Part shown: in pieces, positions 9,640 through 20,951 of the stretch | How positions within the stretch are numbered: position 1 is the first letter of the stretch | How the letters are laid out: each line of letters begins with the position of its first letter | NCBI GenBank assembly: GCA_000091165.1 | Contig: FP565575.1 | Location: 1,320,001 to 1,352,000 of the forward strand | Reading direction: 5' to 3' | Length of the DNA: 32,000 nucleotides | Source of the DNA: Candidatus Methylomirabilis oxygeniifera | GTDB taxonomy: Bacteria; Methylomirabilota; Methylomirabilia; Methylomirabilales; Methylomirabilaceae | The notes under the pieces: generated by a model | Seen by the model: only the letters and a program-made list of their open reading frames with translations | The model's database searches: none | What the model was told of the DNA's origin: nothing | Translations under genes and position numbers: made by a program

Positions 9640-10410
9640 ATGCACTCAACTTTCCATGATCGTCTCTTCCTGACCCGCTGTACGTACACGATCCTTACCG
9701 GTCTCCTGGTCTGGTCTATGGCGGTAATCGCTCCTCCCGTTGCGTCGGCAACAGAACCGCCACTGGGATTAGCGACCGGATCGAAGGACGTCCAGACGAC
9801 CGTGAACGGCAAACAATGGGCGACACTACCGAACTCATCCACCCCGACACACGAAGGAACCTTGATACGAACCGGAAAGGGGATGGCATCGGTCCTGCTG
9901 AAAGACGGCACGCAGCTTGAACTCCAGCAGCGAACGCTGGTCGAGTTGTCCGGATTGCAGACGGCGCCCATCGTGAAGATTGCGGTCGGCCAAGTCCTCT
10001 TCAGAGTGCCAATGTCATCCCATGCGACATTCGTCACTCCAAGCGTTCACTATCAGACCGAGAATGGCAACACCGGGGATCGTCCGGCTGTTGTAAAAGC
10101 GAAGGCAACCACGGCGTCCGTTGCTGACTCCGTGGGAACGATCGTCGTAAACCTACGCGGGGGGTCCCGCCTAGACTTACAGCAGGGGGAGATACTCGCC
10201 AAGTCACGAAGCGATCCGGGCATCCATATCGTAAAGACGGGTCAAAGCGTCTACATTCCTCTGCTGGGCACTTCCGATCCTGATTTTGGTGTCCTACTTG
10301 CGCAGGCACTCCCCGATGAAGCAGCCGATGAAGCTGATCCTACTACATTCGATACTATTGGCATTGAGACTGAAGGGGTGAGTTGTTCTCCATTGCCAAG
10401 GCGCAAATAG
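9640..10410 (+). CDS. Exported FecR-domain-like protein
   Basis: Signal-peptide-like N-terminus; GSKDVQTTVNGKQWATL...LIRTGKGMASVLLKDGTQLELQQRTLVEL...VGQVLFRVP; SD GGAGAAGGAGGG upstream of the ATG at 9640. Confidence 0.7.
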   Translation: MHSTFHDRLFLTRCTYTILTGLLVWSMAVIAPPVASATEPPLGLATGSKDVQTTVNGKQWATLPNSSTPTHEGTLIRTGKGMASVLLKDGTQLELQQRTLVELSGLQTAPIVKIAVGQVLFRVPMSSHATFVTPSVHYQTENGNTGDRPAVVKAKATTASVADSVGTIVVNLRGGSRLDLQQGEILAKSRSDPGIHIVKTGQSVYIPLLGTSDPDFGVLLAQALPDEAADEADPTTFDTIGIETEGVSCSPLPRRK

Positions 10411-10427
10411 GGGTTGATTGCTGTGTT

Positions 10428-11078
10428 TCAGCGGCGATGGCGTGATAGCGGAGTGCGAGACTGGAGATCAAGGGAATTCGACACCTGGATGATGTCACGT
10501 GAGGGAAGGATCAGACAGGTCAACTTATTCCCATAGACGCAGGCCGTATCGATGCCGATCCGGTCCTCGTCCATCAGAACTTCTCGCATGGGGGTATGAC
10601 CGAACACAACGGTCTTTGGAAACCGACCTGAATACGCATAGAACTGTTCGCGGATCCACAAGAGGTCGTTGGGGTCTTGTTCCTGCAGTGGAATCCCCGG
10701 CCTGATCCCCGCGTGGACAAAAAAACAGTCCCGCGTCTCATAGTACAGACGCAAGCGGTCCAGAAAACTCAAGTGGGCGGCAGGAATTCGGCCGAGCCCA
10801 CCGTAACTTTCCAATGTGGCGGTCCCGCCGTTATATAGAAATAGAGCTCGCTCTTTTCCCTGAAGAAAATCGAGAAACATTCGCTCATGATTACCCATGA
10901 GGAAGGTATACCGCCCACGGAGGGTCAGCAGATAATCAATGACTTCCTTTGAATCCGATCCCCGATCAACATAATCTCCCAGGAAAATCACCTCATCCGT
11001 CTCTGACAGAGGGAGCTGAGCCATGAGACGGTCCAACGGCTCCAGACAACCGTGAATGTCACCGATCACATAGATCAT
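10428..11078 (-). CDS. Serine/threonine protein phosphatase / symmetrical Ap4A hydrolase-like metallophosphoesterase
   Basis: MIYVIGDIHGCLEPLDRL, GDYVDRGSDSKEVID, LMGNHERMFLDF, FGHTPM. The track N-terminus MVARNDEAGA is repeat-encoded, so ATG 11078 is used. Confidence 0.9.
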   Translation of the reverse strand: MIYVIGDIHGCLEPLDRLMAQLPLSETDEVIFLGDYVDRGSDSKEVIDYLLTLRGRYTFLMGNHERMFLDFLQGKERALFLYNGGTATLESYGGLGRIPAAHLSFLDRLRLYYETRDCFFVHAGIRPGIPLQEQDPNDLLWIREQFYAYSGRFPKTVVFGHTPMREVLMDEDRIGIDTACVYGNKLTCLILPSRDIIQVSNSLDLQSRTPLSRHRR

Positions 11079-11090
11079 AGCACCGGCCTC

Positions 11091-11200
11091 GTCATTGCGA
11101 GCGACCATCGGGAGCGTGGCAATCTCACCGTTGTTCGCCCACAGAGCCGCACTCTAAATACTGTGAGATTGCTTCGGTCGCTGCACTCCCTCGCAATGAC
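11091..11200. repeat. Dispersed palindromic repeat, GTCATTGCGAG...CTCGCAATGAC type
   Basis: GTCATTGCGAGCGACC...GGAGCGTGGCAATCTCACCG ... TGTGAGATTGCTTCGGTCGCTGCACTCCCTCGCAATGAC; related element at 30184-30277. Confidence 0.85.
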
Positions 11201-11251
11201 CGACTAGGGGGGACTTTCAGGGTAATGATACGGCGTGTCGTTGCGTGTGAG

Positions 11252-11497
11252 TTACTTGTGGCCGATAGCGTCCAGAACGCGAGCGATCTCTTCCTTGACG
11301 TGGGTGTTGATCTTGAGTCGTGCGAGGATATCCGGATGGTGTTCGGCCAGGTACTGAATCATGGCAATGCCATCAAGCGGGGACCCATGGGGCTGGCTAT
11401 CGAGAATCCAATCGCTAAGGGCGTCCTTATGCGACCGGCGTGTGCCCGGATCACTATATAAAATATCTAAAATGTCCTGAGCTAATGACTTACTCAT
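11252..11497 (-). CDS. Small hypothetical protein (about 81 aa)
   Basis: MSKSLAQDILDILYSDPGTRRSHKDALSDWILDSQPHGSPLDGIAMIQYLAEHHPDILARLKINTHVKEEIARVLDAIGHK; plausible composition, family not recognised. Confidence 0.5.
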   Translation of the reverse strand: MSKSLAQDILDILYSDPGTRRSHKDALSDWILDSQPHGSPLDGIAMIQYLAEHHPDILARLKINTHVKEEIARVLDAIGHK

Positions 11498-11597
11498 TCC
11501 CACACCTTTATGCCGGGTTCCACCTGTAATATAACACTTCGTCACGTACTCCACAAGAGAGAAACCTTACGAAGCCCAAAGAAACGATCGCGCCGTA

Positions 11598-12374
11598 TCA
11601 CAACGGGATAAGTGTCGTATACCATAGGAATCGCCCCAGGAACTCCCCGATTGTGCCGGTGAGAATCGCGATGTAGAAGAAACCGGTTGCGGACTGGACG
11701 TTTGGGATGCGCAAGGTATCCCAGATGACACACGCTACGACGAACGAGCCAAGAATCCCGACAACCACACGACCAAGAAAAACCGCCAGGTATGAGGTCG
11801 AGAGAAGCTCGATCCTCGCCATAGCTTCGTCCCCGCCAGACAGGTAGAGCGATCCTAGATTCACGGTCAGGCACAGGCCCTGCAGCGCGGTGGACAGTAT
11901 AAAGAGAATAGCCAGGCGGCGGATCAATGCTACTGGCAGCTTAGGATCCCTGAGATAATGGTGCCCGAGTAACATGCCGATTAAGGCTGAGCCCAGGAGG
12001 ACGGCTGACGTGAGGGTGGTGACGACCTTGGCGGCTATCTCAGGTAAGACGAATAATTCTTTCGCAAGCAGCAGCGACGGGATAAGCATTCCAACCACTC
12101 CGACCGCCAGGCTCAACCACAGCATCCGCCTCGGCCATCGCCCATCCTGAATCCAGAGAGACCCCGCATACAGCAGGAGCAGAACGAAAAAGACCATTGA
12201 GGCTGGTGTTGGACTGACCCAGATCCCCACGCCGAGCACGCTCACCAGGGTCAGGACGCAGGTCTGGAGAAAGCTCCGCCTGATCAGGGGCGAATGCAGG
12301 AGGCTCAGGCAGAACAGGCTTCCGACTGCCAACTCTTGCACCGCCTGAAATGCCGGAAGGGCGAGCTGTGTCAT
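11598..12374 (-). CDS. Polytopic membrane protein, unknown function
   Basis: Many hydrophobic segments over 258 aa; its start overlaps the end of the M24 peptidase gene at 12374. Confidence 0.7.
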   Translation of the reverse strand: MTQLALPAFQAVQELAVGSLFCLSLLHSPLIRRSFLQTCVLTLVSVLGVGIWVSPTPASMVFFVLLLLYAGSLWIQDGRWPRRMLWLSLAVGVVGMLIPSLLLAKELFVLPEIAAKVVTTLTSAVLLGSALIGMLLGHHYLRDPKLPVALIRRLAILFILSTALQGLCLTVNLGSLYLSGGDEAMARIELLSTSYLAVFLGRVVVGILGSFVVACVIWDTLRIPNVQSATGFFYIAILTGTIGEFLGRFLWYTTLIPL

Positions 12375-13528
12375 CAGTCGATCTCAAGCTCGCCGATCCC
12401 TTTCGGGAAGGTGGTCAGATTCCGGCACCCAGCCCCCGTAACAACCACGAGATCTTCAATCCGAACAGCCCCTGCATCCGGATAATAGAGCCCCGGCTCA
12501 ACGGTGACCACATGGCCGGTTCGTAGGACCGCGCCCGTCTTATTGATACGAGGAGGTTCATGGATGTCGAGGCCAATCCCGTGACCGGTGCCGTGGAAAA
12601 ACCCTTGCATCCGACCGCCGACCATACCGGTCGTGAAGCCGTCTTTTTCCAGCACCGCATTCACTTCGGCGTGAATGATCTTTCCGTCGGCTCCATCCCT
12701 GATCAACTCTATCCCGCGTTCCTGGGCGTTGAGAACCGCCCCGTACATAGCCCGAAGTTTCGGTGATGCCTTCCCCTTCACCACAGTTCGGCTCATGTCG
12801 GCAAAGTAGCGGCTTCGTTCGGACCTTGGGAAGAGATCGATCACAATCGATTCGTGTACCCTAATAGGCCCGGTCCCGTGATGGTGGGGATCGACCCCTT
12901 GCAGGCCTGGCGCCACAATCGTGTATTGGGCCACGCATTCTCGTTCCATCAACGTCACGTGCATGATCTTCTTCAGCATCTCGGCGGTCAACAACTCACC
13001 GTCGAGATACAGGAATCCGCTACTTTCCACCTTGGCTGCCCGAATCGCCGAGATCGCCGCGTCCACAGCTTCTTCGGTGGCGCGCTGGGTCGCGGTAATT
13101 GCCTCAACCTCTTCTTCGTTTTTCATCAGCCGCGTTTCGAAGAACGGCTCACGTCTTACCGCGACGGTGTAGCCCCTTGCCCGCAGGCCATCAGCGTACT
13201 CGATGCCGAAGTTACCCGGAACCAGCAGATGGTGAGCGCCTCGCTCTCGCAGCACGAGGTCCAGGACATCCAGCGCGGACGGTGCATCGACGCCCTTTTC
13301 CCTCGCCCTGCGCTCATACGCGCTATAGGATAGTACCGTATCTACTCTCGCCTGGCTCCTGGCCCGGTCCATCTCCAGGTCACTCATCACGGCGATCTTC
13401 TCTGCGCCCGCCTGGATGAAGATAAATGGGTCCGGTGCGGCAAACCGAGTCGCATAGTACAGGTTCGCATCGATCTCGCTGGTTGAGATCATGACCAACG
13501 CATCAGATCCGGTCAGCTCCTCCATCAC
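12374..13528 (-). CDS. M24-family metallopeptidase (Xaa-Pro aminopeptidase/dipeptidase-like)
   Basis: HGTGHGIGLDIHEPP, VVTVEPGLYYPDAGAVRIEDLVVVT and upstream IDLFPR...FADMSRT match M24 metal-ligand motifs. Confidence 0.9.
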   Translation of the reverse strand: MMEELTGSDALVMISTSEIDANLYYATRFAAPDPFIFIQAGAEKIAVMSDLEMDRARSQARVDTVLSYSAYERRAREKGVDAPSALDVLDLVLRERGAHHLLVPGNFGIEYADGLRARGYTVAVRREPFFETRLMKNEEEVEAITATQRATEEAVDAAISAIRAAKVESSGFLYLDGELLTAEMLKKIMHVTLMERECVAQYTIVAPGLQGVDPHHHGTGPIRVHESIVIDLFPRSERSRYFADMSRTVVKGKASPKLRAMYGAVLNAQERGIELIRDGADGKIIHAEVNAVLEKDGFTTGMVGGRMQGFFHGTGHGIGLDIHEPPRINKTGAVLRTGHVVTVEPGLYYPDAGAVRIEDLVVVTGAGCRNLTTFPKGIGELEID

Positions 13529-13538
13529 ACACGCCTCT

Positions 13539-13811
13539 TCAATCAGCCAGGATCACTTTGCCCATCCCGATCGCGGCCAGCAGCCCCACCGTCCACACCC
13601 AGGGGAACGCGCCGGTATAGTACCAGGCCACAACCGGATAGGCCACAAGTGAGAGTGGCAGCACCGCCATGGCCCCGAGCATTCCCCTGATCCCCCATAC
13701 ATCACGATAGCCGGCCAGCATAAAGGCAAAGAGGACAAGCAGCAGCCCCACCCAGGCGAAGCCATAACAGCCCCCCCAGAAGGTTGGGCCCTTCGATCTT
13801 GCACTCGTCAT
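13539..13811 (-). CDS. Small membrane protein, unknown function
   Basis: 90 aa with three hydrophobic segments, tightly spaced between thiC and the M24 peptidase gene. Confidence 0.6.
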   Translation of the reverse strand: MTSARSKGPTFWGGCYGFAWVGLLLVLFAFMLAGYRDVWGIRGMLGAMAVLPLSLVAYPVVAWYYTGAFPWVWTVGLLAAIGMGKVILAD

Positions 13812-13845
13812 GTGCGCAATAAAGCCTTCCTCGCGTCAGGATAGC

Positions 13846-16634
<2,789 letters not shown>

Positions 16635-16641
16635 TAATAGC

Positions 16642-16669
16642 GTTCAGCGATCAGCATTCAGCGATTAGC
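16642..16669. repeat. Degenerate 7-nt tandem repeat tract (4 units)
   Basis: GTTCAGC|GATCAGC|ATTCAGC|GATTAGC in the rtcB-rmuC gap. Confidence 0.75.
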
Positions 16670-16675
16670 TCCTTG

Positions 16676-16710
16676 CCCTCCCCCCTAACCCCTCACACCT
16701 CACGGCTCAT
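16676..16710. repeat. Degenerate 7-nt tandem repeat tract (5 units)
   Basis: CCCTCCC|CCCTAAC|CCCTCAC|ACCTCAC|GGCTCAT immediately after the rtcB stop. Confidence 0.65.
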
Positions 16711-16715
16711 AGTCG

Positions 16716-18164
16716 TCACCCCTTGATCACGCCCATGGGGCGGAGTCGGGCGACCATCCTGGAGAGGCCGGCGCGGTGCACAACCGTCACCACTTGAGTC
16801 GCATCCTTATACGCCTCGGGCATCTCCTCTGCCAACGATTCGCCGCCAGACGCCATGACAATAATCCCCTGGTTCTCCAGCTCCCGATGAATGGCCCGAC
16901 CCTTAGCCGCTCTAATAGCGGCATGACGGCTCATCACCCTGCCGGCGCCGTGACAGGTGCTCCCGAAGGTCTGCTCCATAGCGCCCGTTCCCACCAGCAC
17001 AAATGAGGCGCGGCCCATGTCGCCCGGGATCAGCACAGGTTGACCGATGGCCCGGTAGTGAGCCGGTAGCTCCGGGTGCCCGGGCGGAAACGCTCGGGTC
17101 GCTCCTTTGCGATGAACCGCCAGCTTCATCCGTCTGCCGTCAACCTCGTGCTCCTCTACCTTGACGATGTTGTGGGCCACATCATAGACCGTTGACAACC
17201 CTAATGCTCCGGGCGAGACACCCAGGACCTTCAGTAACACCTCCTTGGTCCAGTGGGCCAAACATTGGCGATTATTCCAGGCAAAGTTAGCGGCGGCCCG
17301 CATCGCGCCCAGGTATGCCTTGGCCTCGCGCGACGTCCAAGGCGTGCAGGCGAGCTGTCGGTCTGGGAGATCGATCCCATACTTGATGACCGCCCGCTCC
17401 ATCTCGACTAGAGAATCTGTGCAGACCTGATGCCCCAAACCTCGAGAGCCGGTATGAATCATCACCGTCACCTGACCTTCAAACAGGCCGAGGACCTCGG
17501 CAGCGTGTGGATCGTAAATCTCGGCGACCGTCTGGACCTCCAGAAAATGATTGCCTGAGCCCAACGTTCCAAGCTGACTGCTTCCCCGCTCAAGGGCCTT
17601 ATGGCTCACAGCATCCGGGTCCGCACCCGGAAGACACCCACCGGATTCGATACAGGCGAGATCTGCCGGCTCTCCGTACCCCTGCTTAACCGCCCATGCT
17701 GCGCCCTTGAGCAGCGGCGCTTCCGCCTCTTTTTTGCTCAGGCGAATCCGGCCGCGCGAGCCGACTCCTGTCGGAATTTCATGAAAGAGGGCGAGGACCA
17801 GTTCCTTCAGCCTTGGCCGCACCTCCTCCTGAGTCAGCTCCGTGCGAAGCAATCGGACCCCGCAGTTGATATCGTACCCGACTGCGCCTGGAGACACGAC
17901 GCCATCCGTAATATCGGTGGCAACCACTCCACCGACCGGCAGACCGTATCCCTGATGGATGTCCGGCATGGCGAATGAGGCCTTGACGATCCCCGGCAGG
18001 AAGGCGCCATTCGCCACCTGTTCCAGGGAGAGATCCTTCATGATCGCCTCCATCAGGACCTCATCGGCATAGATGATTCCTGGAACCCGCATCCCCGGTT
18101 TGTAGTCTTGCGGGAGCAGCCATCGATAGTCGTCAAGTTTTTGTACAACCTTACTCATACCCAA
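16716..18164 (-). CDS. rtcB: RNA-splicing ligase RtcB
   Basis: AMPDIHQGYGLPVGGVVA, GAVGYDINCGVRLLRT, LGTLGSGNHFLEVQ, MIHTGSRGLGHQVC, HGAGRVMSR, C-terminal RLRPMGVIKG. Confidence 0.96.
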   Translation of the reverse strand: MGMSKVVQKLDDYRWLLPQDYKPGMRVPGIIYADEVLMEAIMKDLSLEQVANGAFLPGIVKASFAMPDIHQGYGLPVGGVVATDITDGVVSPGAVGYDINCGVRLLRTELTQEEVRPRLKELVLALFHEIPTGVGSRGRIRLSKKEAEAPLLKGAAWAVKQGYGEPADLACIESGGCLPGADPDAVSHKALERGSSQLGTLGSGNHFLEVQTVAEIYDPHAAEVLGLFEGQVTVMIHTGSRGLGHQVCTDSLVEMERAVIKYGIDLPDRQLACTPWTSREAKAYLGAMRAAANFAWNNRQCLAHWTKEVLLKVLGVSPGALGLSTVYDVAHNIVKVEEHEVDGRRMKLAVHRKGATRAFPPGHPELPAHYRAIGQPVLIPGDMGRASFVLVGTGAMEQTFGSTCHGAGRVMSRHAAIRAAKGRAIHRELENQGIIVMASGGESLAEEMPEAYKDATQVVTVVHRAGLSRMVARLRPMGVIKG

Positions 18165-18176
18165 CCTATAAGGAGA

Positions 18177-19250
18177 TTACTCTAAAAGCTGATACCGTGT
18201 GTTGCGACGCTTCGGAACTAAGCCCGCATCCCGGATGTTTCGCCGAATTTCTTCAAACGACATCAGTTGCTGGGTGACGGCAGTCCGCACAACATTCTCT
18301 TCGAGGACGGTACTCCCGAAATCGTTCACGCCGTACTGCAGCGAGAGCTGTCCGATTTTCGGGCCCATCGTCAGCCAGGCAGCCTGGATATGCCGCACAT
18401 TGTCCAGCATGATCCTTGAGACGGCTACGGTCCGAAGATAGCCGTAGCCGCTTCCCCCAGTCCCTCCGAGCGCATCACCATTGGGTTGATAGCTCCAGGG
18501 AATAAAGGCCGTAAAACCACCGGTGTGATCTTGTAACTCTCGAATTCGGATGAGGTGTTCAACACGCTGGGCCGGCGTCTCACCTACCCCGTACATCATC
18601 GTAGCCGTACTGGGTATACCGAGTCCGTGGGCGATCTGCATGAGGTTCAGCCAATCTGACGCGCTCTCCTTCAATGGCGAGACCCGCTGCCTTACCTCAT
18701 CAACCAACAATTCTGCTCCAGCTCCCGGAATCGAATCGAGGCCCGCCGCCTTAAGACGCTTCAACGTATCCTTGAGGGATATCTTAGAACTATCTGAAAT
18801 ATAGCTGATTTCCACGGTAGATAGCGCGTGCAGATGAACCGGATAGCGGGCCTTGATTGAGGCGAGCAGATCCTCGTAATAGTCGATCTTCAAGCTGGGA
18901 TTCAGTCCCCCTTGCAGCAAAACCTCTGTCCCGCCAAGCTCGATCAGCTCCTCGATTTTCTGAAAGATCTCCTCCCTGGACAGGAGATAGGCTTCCGGAG
19001 AGGTCGGCAGTCGATAGAAGGCACAGAACGAACATTGGACCCAGCAGATATTCGTATAATTCACGGTGCGGCCGATGACATAGGTCACGATCGGCTCCGG
19101 ATGCAAGCGCCAGCGTATCCGGTCGGCCATAGCGGAGAGCTCGAGCAACGTCGCCCGTTCGAAGAGCTCGACCCCTTCATCGAAGGTAAGCCGCTCTCCC
19201 GCCTCGACCTTCTCCGCAATCGCCTCAACCTTGCCGTTCAATTCAGCCAT
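18177..19250 (-). CDS. mqnC: Cyclic dehypoxanthinyl futalosine synthase (radical SAM)
   Basis: NYTNICWVQCSFCAFYR radical SAM motif, LLQGGLNPSLKIDYYEDLL, SIPGAGAELLVDEVRQRVSP, GGFTAFIPWSYQPN. Confidence 0.92.
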   Translation of the reverse strand: MAELNGKVEAIAEKVEAGERLTFDEGVELFERATLLELSAMADRIRWRLHPEPIVTYVIGRTVNYTNICWVQCSFCAFYRLPTSPEAYLLSREEIFQKIEELIELGGTEVLLQGGLNPSLKIDYYEDLLASIKARYPVHLHALSTVEISYISDSSKISLKDTLKRLKAAGLDSIPGAGAELLVDEVRQRVSPLKESASDWLNLMQIAHGLGIPSTATMMYGVGETPAQRVEHLIRIRELQDHTGGFTAFIPWSYQPNGDALGGTGGSGYGYLRTVAVSRIMLDNVRHIQAAWLTMGPKIGQLSLQYGVNDFGSTVLEENVVRTAVTQQLMSFEEIRRNIRDAGLVPKRRNTRYQLLE

Positions 19251-19342
19251 ACCTAAGATTCCTCGACCTCACTATGATCTAGTGTTTCATTACGAAAGTC
19301 CGTGCACATAGGATCGGGGTGGCGGTCGGATGTAGCGTGCAG

Positions 19343-19663
19343 TCAGGCCCCGACGTGTACGACCTGGCCAGGTCGGATCGTGTCGAGAACACGCAGCACA
19401 TCGAGCATCTTTGGTCGCAGGTCGTTAATGTCGTTGCTCGGCGCCCTGACAATCACCAGCGCCAGATCAAGCCCCTGAAAGTTCTGTTGATGTGGGATGC
19501 TTTGGTCTACGGTCAGAAGCACGTCGAACGCACCAGCCGCAAGACTGAGGAGGGCGCCATTTTTCGTGCCGGACCAATCCATCTCAGCCACCGTCTTCAC
19601 ATCATGCCCGGCTAACTCACTTCGAAGCTTGCGGGGGACACACTCGTCAAGCAGCACGCGCAC
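19343..19663 (-). CDS. DUF5615 family PIN-like protein (putative toxin)
   Basis: MRVLLDECVPRKLRSELAGHDVKTVAEMDWSGTKNGALLSLA...FDVLLTVDQSI; overlaps the DUF433 gene at 19647-19663. Confidence 0.85.
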   Translation of the reverse strand: MRVLLDECVPRKLRSELAGHDVKTVAEMDWSGTKNGALLSLAAGAFDVLLTVDQSIPHQQNFQGLDLALVIVRAPSNDINDLRPKMLDVLRVLDTIRPGQVVHVGA

Positions 19664-19874
19664 TGGAACCGACCAACGACTGGATGCCCTCTTCCAGCAC
19701 AGCCACCGCTTGCTCCCGAGTCACCGTCGGGAAGTCGTCGAGAAAGTCGTCCAGTCGATGTCCGCCCTCCAGGTAGTCCAGAAGCGCTTTCACAGGCACG
19801 CGAGTTCCAACGAAGACGGGCGTCCCTCCGAGTATCTCAGGATCACTGTGAACAACGATACGTCTCTGAGACAT
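19647..19874 (-). CDS. DUF433 domain protein (putative antitoxin partner)
   Basis: RRIVVHSDPEILGGTPVFVGTRVPVKALLDYLEGGHRLDDFLDDFPTVTREQAVAVLEE. Confidence 0.9.
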   Translation of the reverse strand: MSQRRIVVHSDPEILGGTPVFVGTRVPVKALLDYLEGGHRLDDFLDDFPTVTREQAVAVLEEGIQSLVGSSARAA

Positions 19875-20012
19875 GATATATCCTCCAACGATTCACAACG
19901 AACTTGCTCGTCATCTCCCACGTATAGCCAATTTGACACCTTTCCCTCGAGTCGTCAAGTCGGCAAGCCGTAGGGAAGGAACTCTATTGGGAATGAACAA
20001 CCTTGCAGCAAG

Positions 20013-20149
20013 CTGCGGGGTATCGTCTTCTATTCTGGCCCGTCATTCCGTGCCTGACACGGAATCCGGATGGGCCCCCTGGACTCCGGCTTCCGCCGGG
20101 GTGACGAATACGCGGCAAGCCGCGGGGAATGAACCCCGGTAGATTCAAC
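20013..20149 (-). repeat. Mosaic dispersed repeat element, copy 2 (inverted relative to 7335-7525)
   Basis: Reverse complement reads TTGAATCTACCGGGGTTCATTCCCCGCGGCTTGCCGCGTATTCGTCACCCCGGCGGAAGCCGG...; other end CTGCGGGGTATCGTCTTCTATTCTGGCCCGTCATTCCG. Confidence 0.85.
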
Positions 20150-20228
20150 CAATGACAGTCGATTGCAACCTGGCACGTTACGTGGCGTTACATTCCTCCC
20201 GTGGCAATCAATCCTGTGAGGTGTCGCT

Positions 20229-20516
20229 ATGAAGATGCACAATCCGCCCCATCCGGGTGAGGTGCTCCGCGAGTTCTGCTTTCAGCCACTCGGTTTGACC
20301 GTAACCGAAGCGGCCAACGCGCTCGGGGTCAGTCGCAAGACGCTCTCGAGTATCCTGAACTGCCGCGCCGGCATTAGCCCGGAGATGGCGGTCCGTCTGT
20401 CGATCGCCTTCGGCACCACTGCGGAGAGCTGGCTCAGCCAGCAGCTCCAGTTCGATCTGGCAAAGGCAGAGACCAAGCGCCGGTCGCTCCGCGTCAAGAA
20501 GCTCGCGGCCGCTTGA
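20229..20516 (+). CDS. higA: HigA-family addiction module antitoxin (orphan), HTH-XRE
   Basis: [79 protein letters not shown]. Confidence 0.9.
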   Translation: MKMHNPPHPGEVLREFCFQPLGLTVTEAANALGVSRKTLSSILNCRAGISPEMAVRLSIAFGTTAESWLSQQLQFDLAKAETKRRSLRVKKLAAA

Positions 20517-20710
20517 CTCCCCTTGAGGGCTAATCGAGCGTCGGATAGAAAGCGGGTGGCGCCTCAACCTTGGAACCGTCTACCACCCTATAACGGGAGC
20601 GGACCGTCGGATTCATTGCCTGATTCGACTATTTCAGATCTGCTTAGGCTATACCACGATGGCTTTGCCGGCAGCCTTGTTGTCAAGACCGACTTGGAAC
20701 ATCAGTATCG

Positions 20711-20739
20711 TAGGTCGGGTTAGCGCAGCGTAACCCGAC
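20711..20739 (+). repeat. 29-nt terminal inverted repeat, left copy
   Basis: TAGGTCGGGTTAGCGCAGCGTAACCCGAC; inverted copy at 20923-20951 (28/29). Confidence 0.85.
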
Positions 20740-20922
20740 AATCCGGTTCCATCATTCCTACCCCACCCCCTCGAAACCCATCGCACCCTGTCCTCATTCC
20801 GCTGGATACACCCCCACCTCAACATAACGGCGAAAGCTGGAGTACGGCCGCTCTATCGCCGATGATACAAGCCCGTGTTTGACCGGGTTGAAATGCATGC
20901 ACGCGGGTATCGCATGTGCTTC

Positions 20923-20951
20923 GTCGGGTTACGCTACGCTAACCCGACCTA
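20923..20951 (-). repeat. 29-nt terminal inverted repeat, right copy, supplies the mqnE stop codon
   Basis: GTCGGGTTACGCTACGCTAACCCGACCTA; the final CTA is the reverse complement of the mqnE TAG. Confidence 0.85.

Noticed and set aside
16716-19250. rtcB next to mqnC as a possible RNA-repair or novel radical SAM system
   Set aside because: Both are complete, canonical housekeeping-type genes; no archease, RtcA, RtcR or retron/RT partner nearby; adjacency alone is weak.
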